NCBI RefSeq assembly: GCF_006345805.1
Contig: NC_042998.1
Span: forward strand, 136,524,001 to 136,588,000
Direction of reading: 5' to 3'
DNA: 64,000 bases
Source of the DNA: Octopus sinensis
Lineage: Eukaryota
Position numbers and translations under genes: made by a program. Numbering within the stretch: the stretch's first letter is position 1; each line of letters begins with the position of its first letter. Below the pieces are notes generated by a model. That model made no database searches and had not been told where the DNA came from. It saw only the letters and a program-made list of their open reading frames with translations. Positions 52,490 through 64,000 of this stretch are shown in pieces.

Positions 52490-52680
52490 GAGAGTTTACG
52501 AAAAAAAACGAAAGACGAAGATAGGTGGTGTACAAAACAAACAGATGTATTAGTGTAACGCTCAGGAATTGAAAAAAGTATTTTATGTTTGGAGCCTGCG
52601 CTCTTCTACAGAAAGGGACACAGAAAAAACAAGGAGGGAAACAAGGAGAGAAAATAAATGTGTGTAGTGGCTAACGATCT
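52490..52680 (-). mobile_element. Solo Penelope-type pLTR (mutated hammerhead-like motif); another copy at 36170-36320
   Basis: Homology to 20015-20190 and 11190-11370. Confidence 0.7.
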
Positions 52681-53495
52681 TTAATGGCGTCTGACTCGGA
52701 CAGAAGAGTCACACACGAGAAGGAAAGTAGGGGAGATAACAAAGTAAAGATGACCCCCAACACGAAGGTGCGTGTGTGTATAAGAGAGTATGTATGTGCG
52801 TGTGAAAGAGGGCTGGTGGTTTGGACGTGTGCGCGTATGTATGTGTAGGTGTGAAAATGTGGGGATGGGTGTGTGGGTGGTGTGTTGTGATGTGATGTGT
52901 AATGTTGTATGGTGTAGTGTGGTGTGGTGTGATGTTGTTGGGAGGTGGGGGAGGCGAGAATGGGGAATGCACGGGTGGGGTGTGGGTTCGGCTGAGGGTT
53001 GGGGTAGAGTTGGGGTTTGTTGGTAGGCAGAGGGTGGGGGTAGAGGTGGGGTATGTGGAGGAGGGTGTGTGGGATAGGATGGGGGATGGGAAGGATAGGG
53101 AAGGTGGCGTAGGAATGTGTAGGGGTGGGTGGGCTTATGGGGGGGGGGGAAGGTGGGTATGGGAGGAGAGAGAGGAGGAGAGAAGAGAGAAAGTGAGTAA
53201 GAGAGAACAGAGAAAGAGAGGGTGAAAGAGTAGGAGAGAAGAGAGAAAGAGAGTAAGAGAGCAGAGGGAAAGAGAGTAGGGTGAAGAGAAGTAACAGTGA
53301 AGAGAAGTAGGAATCGGCGCAAGAGAGGAGAGTTGGGTAGGAAGAAGGAGGAGGGAGGGGGGAGAGAGAGGAGAGGAGGAGAGTGAGGAAGCTATATACA
53401 TATATATATATATATACACACTCATACACACACATATATACGTATATGTATATGTATATATATATATATACACACACACATATATATATATATAC

Positions 53496-53533
<38 letters not shown>

Positions 53534-53560
53534 AATATATATATATATATATATGTGTGT

Positions 53561-53598
<38 letters not shown>

Positions 53599-53633
53599 TA
53601 TATATTATATATATATATATATATATTATATAT

Positions 53634-53665
<32 letters not shown>

Positions 53666-53678
53666 ATATACACACATA

Positions 53679-53721
<43 letters not shown>

Positions 53722-53724
<3 letters not shown>

Positions 53725-54866
53725 CAACAATTGAGGGCAAAATTAATTAATTATTAATCAATTTCACCAAGTGTTCAGTATGCAAAGGGACCATTCAAGG
53801 CGAATTCAAATATTACATTATATAAAAGGGCTTAGTAAAATAAATTACTTTGCCGCATACTGAACTCATTAGAAATAGCAGCTAAAAAACTTTTTTAAGG
53901 CTATTCTAATACTTAAAGAAAATCTCTCTCATATATAGTGTTTGCTTAATTCAACTCACAAAAGTTTGGGGGTAAGGACATCGAAAAATCAAATGCTAAG
54001 GTTATTCGAGAACGTACGTTTCAAGATTAGTCAAAACAACATTTCTATCATCGGCTCAGAAATTCCTTGGTTTGGATTTGGAAACACTGAAAATAAGAAC
54101 ATACCCTTTCGAAGATCTGCTCCCAACTACAGTGCCAACAAATTCAAAATAAGCAAGCGAAGAATCTCTGTTCTCCCCTTTCCACCAGCGTGGGTTAAAA
54201 TCATCAAACACTATGCTTATTTCGGTAAAATCCGAAGCATTAATCAGAGGGAGATTAATTATAATTTCAACAATTGAGGGCAAAATTAATTAATTATTAA
54301 TCAATTTCACCAAGTGTTCAGTATGCAAAGGGACCATTCAAGGCGAATTCAAATTATTACATTATATAAAAGGGCTTAGTAAAATAAATTACTTTGCCGC
54401 ATACTTTGCCCTCAATTGTTGAAATTATAATTAATCTCCCTCTGATTAATGCTTCGGATTTTACCGAAATAAGCATAGTGTTTGATGATTTTAACCCACG
54501 CTGGTGGAAAGGGGAGAACAGAGATTCTTCGCTTGCTTATTTTGAATTTGTTGGCACTGTTAGTTGGGAGCAGATCTTCGAAAGGGTATGTTCTTATTTT
54601 CAGTGTTTCCAAATCCAAACCAAGGAATTTCTGAGCCGATGATAGAAATGTTGTTTTGACTAATCTTGAAACGTACGTTCTCGAATAACCTTAGCATTTG
54701 ATTTTTCGATGTCCTTACCCCCAAACTTTTGTGAGTTGAATTAAGCAAACACTATATATGAGAGAGATTTTCTTTAAGTATTAGAAATAGCCTTAAAAAA
54801 GTTTTTTAGCTGCTATTTCTAATGAGTTCAGTATGCGGCAAAGTAATTTATTTTACTAAGCCCTTT

Positions 54867-54874
<8 letters not shown>
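53722..54874. repeat. 543 bp unit, partial tandem copy, then inverted copy
   Basis: 53722-54264 repeated at 54265-54404; 54405-54874 is the reverse complement of about 53817-54284. Confidence 0.95.
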
Positions 54875-54911
<37 letters not shown>

Positions 54912-55087
54912 ATACGTACGTATATATATACGTACTACGTACGTACACACACGCGCGCACACACACACATTCTTAACGTCACTCCCAAGTAAGTATAACC
55001 TGGTAGCTTGAATCACACTTTCGCAAATTGTTTTAGGTGCCTAAGTTGTCGCAATCAAACATCGATGCCCTCGCGTCGTTACACTCT

Positions 55088-57043
55088 TGGGTTCGATTCC
55101 TGGACCTGAGTAATACGTTGCGTCCTAGGACAAGGTACATCATTTTCCGTTACTACCCAGTCTACTAAGTTGGAAATCAGTTCCATGTTAGTGCAGGTTC
55201 ATGAGGCCAGAATTTATCCAGATTTTTAAGAAGTGTAATCTGAGAGTTCAACACTTCCCATCCCTTTCAACGTTCATGTGTCAAGGGGAAGTAAATTTAT
55301 GCAAGAATGTTATTTTTCACTGCTATGAAGCAAATAGTGAAAGTGCGTGACCTAGTGGTTAACATATTGGACTCACACTTATTAGATAGTGGGTTCAATT
55401 CTCAGAACGAGTGGTATTCGTGTCCTTGAGCAAAGGACTTCCTGTTGCTATAGTTCCGTCAACTGAAAATAAGTACCAGTGGTACCTGAAGGTTAAACCT
55501 ACGATGAACTTGTACGTTGAAAGGGATGGGAAGTGTTGTACTCTCAGATTACACTTCTTAAAAATCTGGATAAATTCTGGCCTCATGAACCTGCACTAAC
55601 ATGGAACTGATTTCCACTTAGTAGACTGGGTAGCTGGGTAGTAACGGAAAATGATGTACCTTGTCCTAGGACGCAACGTATTACTCAGGTCCAGGAATCG
55701 AACCCACGACTTTATGATCAGCAGCCCAAAATACATAACCACTAGGACATATGCTTTCTTGATTATCAGTACAACGTATTGAAAATCACAGTTTAAATTC
55801 ATAACAAATACAATTATACAGATTGTATATAATCTTATAGGATGTCAGAATTTATTGAATATTGGTCCTCGTTCCCAACTAGAACTTTAGAAAACTCCAG
55901 TAAAGAATCCCTACCACACCACACCACACCACATCCTGGTCCAGTATTCATATCCCTAGTTTAGTGCGTAGCACAACTCTATGGAATGAAAATGTATTGC
56001 ATGCCAGGCCTTTTTCTTACATAGTTTTACAAATTTTTCAATTATCGAAACTAAACAAAATACTCGAGCTATTTATTAGTTTTATCATGTGTTGTCATAT
56101 GTATATGTTACATAGAACCCCATTAACATCACTGCAATCACAGTTTAATTTACAGTAGATAGTTGCTTTGCTGGATATTATATTATACTAGGAAAGAAGT
56201 TATTTTGATATATAAAAATCCATTATAACAGTCTAGCTATGTGTGTACTCTAGCCAAGTATATTGCTCCCTCTCTAAACAAATATAAACATATACATGTG
56301 AAAGAAAGAAAAGATCTGAATTCATTTCGAAGTGGTGTTTAATTTCTAAAGCTTATGCAAACGTTTACAGCATGTTTATAAAATTTTGAAGGGGGTGCAG
56401 AGTTAATGTTGTGAGTTTCTAAGAAACATCCTGTCTTCTACCAAGAGAAGCAACACATATTAAAAGCCAGCTGCATATACTGAATATTAACTTTCAACTG
56501 TAGATGCTGCATGCTATATACATTTTGTAGTTATCCTAAGTTTATATTAAGACAAGCTCCACTGTAACTCCGATACAGTTTGTATGACTAAGTTTATTTT
56601 TCAGCATTTTTCAACATGATGAGAGAAGTTGAAATAACATTAGATTAGTAAAGTTAAAAATGACAGCATTAATATACTGTTTCAGACAATGTGGATAGTT
56701 TCCAGATCAAGATATTTCTGTCCATGTGTCAAGGTGAAGTAAATTTATGCAAGAATGTTATTTTTCACTGCGATGAAGCAAATAGTGAAAGCGCGTGGCC
56801 TAGTGGTTAACATATTGGACTCACACTTATTAGATAGTGGGTTCGATTCTCAGAACGAGTGGTTTTCGTGTCCTTGAGCAAAGGACTTCCTGTTGTTATG
56901 GTTCCTTCAACTGAAAATAAGTACCAGTGGTACCTGAAGGTTAAACCTACGATGAACTTGTACGTTAAAAGGGATGGGAAGTGTTGTACTCTCAGATTAC
57001 ACTTCTTAAAAATCTGGATAAATTCTGGCCTCATGAACCTGCA
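55088..57043. repeat. Inverted plus direct duplication complex of SINE-containing sequence
   Basis: 55088-55273 is the reverse complement of 55514-55706; 55275-55595 is a direct copy of 56723-57043. Confidence 0.92.
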
Positions 57044-57168
57044 GGTTTGAGGTAAAAATCTATAAATAATACAGAAATACGCACAGAAGATGCACCTATG
57101 TTTAATTTGTGAAAGGTGATGTAGAGCGATCTTTACCCTATAAGATAAATGCGGTGAGTTTCTATATA

Positions 57169-57690
57169 CCGTAAATCCTCGAGTATAATCCACATTTTTT
57201 TCCCAAAATTTAAAGTTCAAAATCCTTAGTACGTACTATATACGAGGTTAAAAATGAAAAATATATTCTAAGCAATATCGGAGTCTCTATTTGCTGTTTG
57301 GCAATGTTTATTCAGACGCATTTTGTGATGTCGGGCGCGAAAATACCTTAAGCTAAGCCTGAAAGCAATGAAGTCATAAAAGAATCATCCATAACTTGCA
57401 GTAAGCAACATTTATTAAAATAAAAGTATTCAGAACATAGAATAACACGTACAAAAATAATTTGCAAACATATTTACATTCCCATATAACAGTTAAGAAC
57501 ATCACCATTATTGCATTACGCATGCGCGGAAGTATTTGTTCGACTAGGTGCTGTTGGCTTAATTACGCACGACTCAAGTTAGAGAAGGGGGGCATATTAT
57601 ACACAAGGTTTAAGTTTTTCAGAGGTACTGCCCCGCTAAAAATCCCTTGCGTATTATACTCAAGGGTGGCCTATACTCGAGGATTTACGG
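57169..57690. mobile_element. pogo/Tigger-like MITE
   Basis: TIRs CCGTAAATCCTCGAGTATA / TATACTCGAGGATTTACGG flanked by a TA duplication; 522 bp, no ORF. Confidence 0.9.
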
Positions 57691-59744
57691 TAAGTCGTTT
57701 CCTACCATGAGAAACACCAAGTAATAGAAGCCGCTTGGATAAGATAAACTTTCAACTGCAGACACTGCAGCCTATAAATGTCGACTTAAAACATAGCCGT
57801 CACGATGTTGTCTGGAGAGGCCAGAAACTGAAGAATTCAATAAAGTAAATCAAACTAGCGTTCGGTTTCAAGAATCGTTCACACATTTAATTTTCCTTTG
57901 ATAACATATAATCTTCGTGACTAAGAAATCTGGAAAGTATATATTCCGAGTGAGTGATGCAGAATGGAAAGAGTTTTCCATTACAAATTGAAAGAAAGAA
58001 AAAAGAAAACACTTGGGAAATTCTTCAGCTGAGAAAAAACAAAACACCCAATAGTGAGACGCGAAAAAATGCAATTAACGTTCTGGTAAAGAGGATCGTT
58101 AATATATTTTCCATTTAAGGTTACAAAAAGACATTCATGAGCTGGTTAGTTTATGCAGACATTTATGACCTAAAAATATAATGCTCAAGGGAAAACATCG
58201 ACAACTGACACAGTTTTCCGTAAACTAACACCAGCCTTGTTACACATTTGATTGACAAGGAACTAAGCAGGAAACAGATCGCATGAAGTCATACAATCAA
58301 AATGACACGAATGAAATGTTTTAAGGAAGGAGTGAAATTTTCCAATGCATATTTTCACAGAATATTCATTTACTAAATTTAAGGAGTGTGTAGCATACGG
58401 ACTGTAATGTGGTAAATGATCGACATTCAAAATGTTCTCAAAGCTCTTTGGAGGATCTTGACAATTCTAATTTATTCAAAAAATTTCGGGACAAAGCTGG
58501 CTTGTGCTCCTTCTCTGTGATTTTGTATGGAAATGACAGTAACAAAAAAAAAGAAAGAGTAAAAGAAAAAGTTTACCAACCTTATTCTCTGATGTTTCAA
58601 CACAGAAAAAATCTGCAGTCAGTTGTTCAGTTGGAAATATGTCTGGTACTGAATTAACGTTTCCTTGACTTTTTTCTAAATGTTTTTCAATATCATTATA
58701 CTCACTAACTAGCTGAATCGTCAGCACGCCGGGCTAGATGCTTAGCGGCATTTTGTCAGTCTTTACGCTCTGAATTCAAACACGGCCGGGGTCGATGAAA
58801 TAGGTACCAGTTGAGTATTGGGGTCGATGTAATCGACTTACCCCACTCCTCTGAAATCGCTGGTCTTGTGCCAAGATTTGAAACCCTCATCAATATATAT
58901 TCACTTCAAACTGCCTTTGATGAAAACACCAGTGTTATAACATTTATAAAGTCTACACACACTTGGAACAGCACTAGCAGTTAAAAACACAAGTCTTAGT
59001 TCAGAACACCGTCGGCCACTAGACATGGTATTTCGACTTGATTTGGTCTCTTGATACCTGTAATCTCTTTGATTTTCTCATATACTGTTGAAGATAAATA
59101 AAGAACATTTCCTCGCCCTTGATTAACTATTTTTTGCTGGATAAAAACTAACCAGAAGGTATGTCTAATCGATAGCCTCTGATATGTTGTACAGTGCTCC
59201 GCTTTTTCTGTTGAATATTTACTACAAATCTATCTATTGAGCACACTCACTAAACTCTTTTTATACAAGTTATTTTCCAGCATACAAATCAAATTTTTCA
59301 GACCATAATTTATACACAAAAGGTAGGTTAGCTTATACATCAAGACAACTTTGGAGGACCAAAAATTTCTATGGAAAGATAGTGATAATGTTTGAATGTC
59401 ACCACATGTTTAAACTAGACACTACATCAATTTGTATTCCGGAAAAGACAGTAAATAATTTGGAGCATACACTATTTTATTCAGTATTTAAAAATGAAAT
59501 AACTTTACTCTTAATCTCCGGAAACCACTGGCTGCATTCCCCAAAACTCAAAACTTTAATCGTGTGTGGTAATAAAAAAAATAACCATTTGCATGTACAC
59601 ACATACACTACTAAATGTGTGAGTACATGTAGGCACCAACACATGTGTGAATATGTCCTTATTAGAGTTCTGTGTTCCCATGCTGGTGGAGGATAAAGTA
59701 ACACGCATAATTTTGTGATTCAACATCTTGGACTTCGAAACGAT

Positions 59745-59792
<48 letters not shown>

Positions 59793-60159
59793 ACTCTCAA
59801 TCTTTCTTTCCGTCTATTTAGATAGTTATTTAGTTGTCTGTTTGTCTGTCTGTTTGTCTGTTGTTTATCTGCTTGTCTGTGTTTCACCTATCACCATTGG
59901 CGTTAGTTATTTTTCTGTCTGTCTGTCGTTCACCAATTGCTATCGGTGTCTCCTTTCTACATTATAAACAACCTCACAGGTACACACATACATTATTGTT
60001 TTTCTCTTCTCTTCATCGCATTCTCTCTATATTGTTTTGTGTATGCTTATGTCTTTCGTTTAGATATATTTGTCGGAACTTACGTGTGTATGCTTGAATG
60101 TTTGCGCATGTGTTTGTCTTTAATCGGAAATGAACAACTTCACAAACGGAGAGAGAAAG

Positions 60160-60224
<65 letters not shown>

Positions 60225-60335
60225 AAGAGGGTGAGAGAGAATATAGGTAAAATACTTTGCATACGCAAACTTATAAACAACAAAATAAAACATGGAAGAG
60301 ACCTATTTGATGAAAAGCTAGGTGCTATAAGAGAC

Positions 60336-60443
<108 letters not shown>

Positions 60444-61007
60444 GGAAAGAGACAGAGAAAATCAAAAGCATTGGAAAAGGTAAAATATAGCGAGAAGAGA
60501 TTAATAGGTAGTTAGGTTGATAGAGCGATAGATGAGTAATTACAGAGATAGCTAGCTAGTTAGATAGATAGATAGAAAAATAGGTAGATAGAAAGTGTTG
60601 GGGAATGTGAGATAACGAAGGATAAAAGCGATTACAATGTAATGGCCAAGTGTCAGTAAAATAATACTGAAAAAAAAAACGAAAATAAAATAAAAAAGAA
60701 AAGTGATAGGGTGGGTGGTAAATCGTGAAATAGAAAGGTCAGATCATTGAACAACATAGACAAATCTTTTAATTACATAAAATAGCTACAGTTAATTTTG
60801 ACATTTTACTTTGGTTTCTTCAGGAAACAGAAGCTATGTTAGATTTTTTCTATAGGACATGTTAATGACATTTTAGATATACAGGTCAAATACCAAAACT
60901 AAACCTTTAATCCATATAACGATTTTATTACATTTTAATTGAAGTTTCGTTGCTAGGAATATTTCTACTAGAAAAGTTTTAATTTATTTTGTTGTATCTC
61001 GGAAGAG

Positions 61008-61367
61008 TAATAAACACACACACTGGTTCTATTTCGCTTGTGTATTATTTATTATTTATTGATTAAATATTTTACCAATTAATAAATCGATTGTTTGATT
61101 AATCGTTTGGTCATTCAATCAATCAATCAATCAATCAATCACCTAGGTTTGGGCAGACAAACCTGAAGCAGAACTGAAGAAGAGAGGACTAAGTTATTGA
61201 TGAGGTCGTGAATGGCAACTAAAGGACTTCGAGAAACGGAGATGATTGATTGATTGCCCGAACGATTAATCAAACAATTTATTAGTTGATTGATTAAATT
61301 GTTAACCAATTAACAAAATAAATAAATAAATAAAGCAGTTAAATGGAACCAGTGCATGTGTTTATTA
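61008..61367. repeat. Fold-back element with (TCAA)n-containing arms
   Basis: Left arm TAATAAACAC..CACTGGTTC..TTGTTTGATTAATCGTT..(TCAA)n mirrors right arm (TTGA)n..AACGATTAATCAAACAA..GGAACCAGTG..GTGTTTATTA. Confidence 0.75.
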
Positions 61368-62939
61368 TTGCCATAATGATCTTCTGAAGACACAATAAAA
61401 TCTTGCAAACAAAATACAAAAACAAAATTCAAATTTACACGCTTTTTTATACCTGGTCAAAATAGATGGCCATTATTCTAGCAATGATTTCATTTACAAC
61501 ATTCACAGATTTATACAAACTGTTATTTGCTTTTGCCGCGTAGACTTAATTATCTCTACCTTGCTTCGCTCGTCAACTCAAGTAATCTTCCTGTATTCTA
61601 CAATATAGTGTTTGAAATGAAAATATATGTATACGCACACAGTATTGATAATACATTAGAATCGAAAAAAATTAGACTTGTATTTCTTTCGAAGGGTATT
61701 TTCTCTATTTTTTTCTAAAAATTAATCACTTTGACTATCAACTTTCGTCTTTTTATTCCCCGTCCATCCTGAGCATCTCACAATATTGAAATTGAAGATA
61801 TTCTGAAGCACTACTAGAATACATTGTCTCTCTCAAAAATGTTATTTTTCTGTTAATTATCTTATTGTTGTTGTGGACGTAGGTGGTCCCAGCCTAATAA
61901 GTTGAATCAATATCATTTAAAGAAGTAGCTGATTGAACTTCACAATTAATCAACGTTTCTTTTTTTTTTTCTAGATATGACCGTTTTCCCTTGATTGACC
62001 ATTAAGCATAAACTTACCCAACTTCAGAGTTACATATGTATTTCTTGAGGGATATTCAATAGCGATATTTGAATATTCTTGGTAACCATAACCAATCATA
62101 ACTATAACCGTCACGTGTAAGCGAGTATGACTTGGGAGCAGGTATCTATAATCTTTACTCTTTAACTTGACAATGTGGGGAAAACATTAAATTAAGGTAA
62201 GTCGGAGTACAAATCAGCGTCCTAGTTAGTGTGTGTACCACCAGGAGCAACCCTTTTACCCCCATCGCACACATACACACACCCAGCCCCTAACCCTAAA
62301 CAGGCTTATACAACTGACCTAAAATTGCGCCCCCCCTTAAAAGCATCGCCTCAAGCGGACTGTCTCTTCCCCCACCTAGTTGCAGTACTGGTACAAAGAT
62401 GATATCTTAATTCTTTAACCGTTTTACCATTTCAAAAGTATATTAATTCTTTTGTTTCGGACATATTAACTTTAAAGCTATTCATGTATTGATATAACTT
62501 ACTGGTTGAGTACTTCTACAACATTTGAAACCTAATTGAAAATTACCTTAAATTATAGAGACAATTATTGTGCAAATAACTTTACAGAATACTCCTAATT
62601 CAATTGTAATTACTCTATAAGCAGTCTCTTGCAGAGAAATCTACTACATTTATTGTTCGCTTCACATCTAATCCTAATTCATACACATGAAGCAGAATTC
62701 AGCCAAAATTTTCCTTCTTCCTTCCACCAGCCTCTCACCGCCATATATCCATATGCGCCAGATGTAATAATTCTTCCTGTCAAAAGTAAATGCAGATGTT
62801 TCTAAATTATCACTCTGTTTTGAAAAAGTAGCGACATCTCCTTCAAATTAACGTAGTTCTAAATATCCACAAAAGACAGTTATGTCACGACTGATTCGTC
62901 TTGAGCATAGTTCTGTTTGATCAGGGCTACCCTGGGTCT

Positions 62940-63215
62940 AAAGAAGAAGAATCTGAAGAAGAAGAATCTGAAGAAGAAGAAGAAGAAGAAGAAGAAGAAG
63001 AAGAAGAAGAAGAAGAAGAAGAAGAAGGAGAAGAAGGAGGAGAAGAAGAAGAAGAAGAAGAAGAAGAAGAAGAAGGAAGAAGAAGAAGAAGAAGAAGGAG
63101 GAGGAGAAGAAGAAGAAGAAGAAGGAGGAGGAGAAGAAGAAGAAGAAGGAGGAGGAGAAGAAGAAGAAGAAGAAGAAGAAGAAGAAGAAGAAGAAGAAGA
63201 AGAAGAAGAAGAAGA
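62940..63215 (+). repeat. (GAA/GGA)n purine tract
   Basis: Direct inspection; explains the poly-E/K/R ORFs. Confidence 0.97.
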
Positions 63216-63299
63216 CCAACAGTAACAACAACAAGATTTCCGAGCGCTTCATTCCAATAAAATCACAGTCTCTGACAATGCCTATTCTATAAACTCTCT

Positions 63300-63550
63300 G
63301 CTGTAAACTATTCCGGTCTTTGGAAACGTGCCAGAGTATGTCCCCTGATCATTTCAAGTATTAACTAGCTACTACCATTCCCAACATATCAAAAGTCAAC
63401 GGAACACTCTTCAATATTTCCAGTACTTTGAATTTATTTCCCTGCTTAGTAGTCACCAGTGTGGCTTACAAAGTGCCAGATGTTCTCTGTCACCTGTCAG
63501 TATTCTCTCACCGTTGAGAAATTTGCTGAAAAAAAACGTTGAATTTGAAA
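63300..63550 (+). mobile_element. Possible Ty3/gypsy pol remnant
   Basis: Only ILSPLRNLLKKNVEF resembles the RT-connection motif. Confidence 0.35.
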
Positions 63551-64000
63551 ACAGGAAATCTTTTCAACATGTTTAGCTTAAAACTGTTATTCGTCCAACT
63601 TTAATTTCATGGATCGGAAAGGTCCTGTTAAATCACATTATTCCGTATACTAATGGGTTTCTCTCTCTCTCTCTCTCCCTCTCTCTCTCCCCCTCTCCCC
63701 CTCTCCCTTCCCCTTCCCCTCTTTCTCTTGTTCCTAATCAATCAACTCTAATCTTTTCCTAAGTTGTTACCTATATGTTCGTTTCTCTTCTTCACTTTTA
63801 CCTAACCAAATGGTTCTCAACTAGAGTCCATATAAGATTTTGGGGGGTCCACACAAGCAAATTAGGGACACACGGTAGTATTTTAAATGTCTATGTAAAG
63901 TTTTGATTTATATGTATCTATTACATATATTAACAGTTTACATACTTCACTCGGTGCTACTCTGGCGTGTGATCTACAAGGGGCATTACTTTAGGTTACT

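Noticed and set aside
58476-58705. Minus-strand exon LVSEYNDIEKHLEKSQGNVNSVPDIFPTEQLTADFFCVETSENKV
   Set aside because: No recognisable homology, the acceptor comes from an adjacent SINE and there are no partner exons.
62901-63260. Poly-E/K/R acidic or basic protein ORFs
   Set aside because: Pure (GAA/GGA)n microsatellite, open in several frames.

Overview
AT-rich eukaryotic genomic DNA dense in microsatellites; the SINE, LINE and Helitron content is most consistent with an octopus (cephalopod) genome (recognition, not a database result). Most of the ORF track is translated microsatellite. One host gene is well supported: a divergent FABP/calycin-like gene on the minus strand (exon 1 13963-14035, exon 2 1640-1821, exon 3 1344-1454, exon 4 uncertain), with a TATA/ETS/CCAAT promoter and a duplicated, splice-dead copy of exon 1. 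A weak candidate small plus-strand gene lies at about 30.4-33.2 kb. The rest is transposon debris: CR1/L2-like, R4/Dong-like and RTE-like LINEs, Penelope-like elements, mariner, a Sola-type transposase relic, a pogo-like MITE, non-autonomous Helitrons and many tRNA-derived SINEs. The most notable observations are (i) nine hammerhead-ribozyme-like motifs of about six sequence types, including a CUGUNGA core variant and one in the tail of a tRNA-headed SINE, (ii) a 33-34 bp minisatellite derived from an internal SINE segment and carried in a Helitron-like element, and (iii) several inverted or fold-back rearrangements. There is no CRISPR array, rRNA or convincing true tRNA gene.
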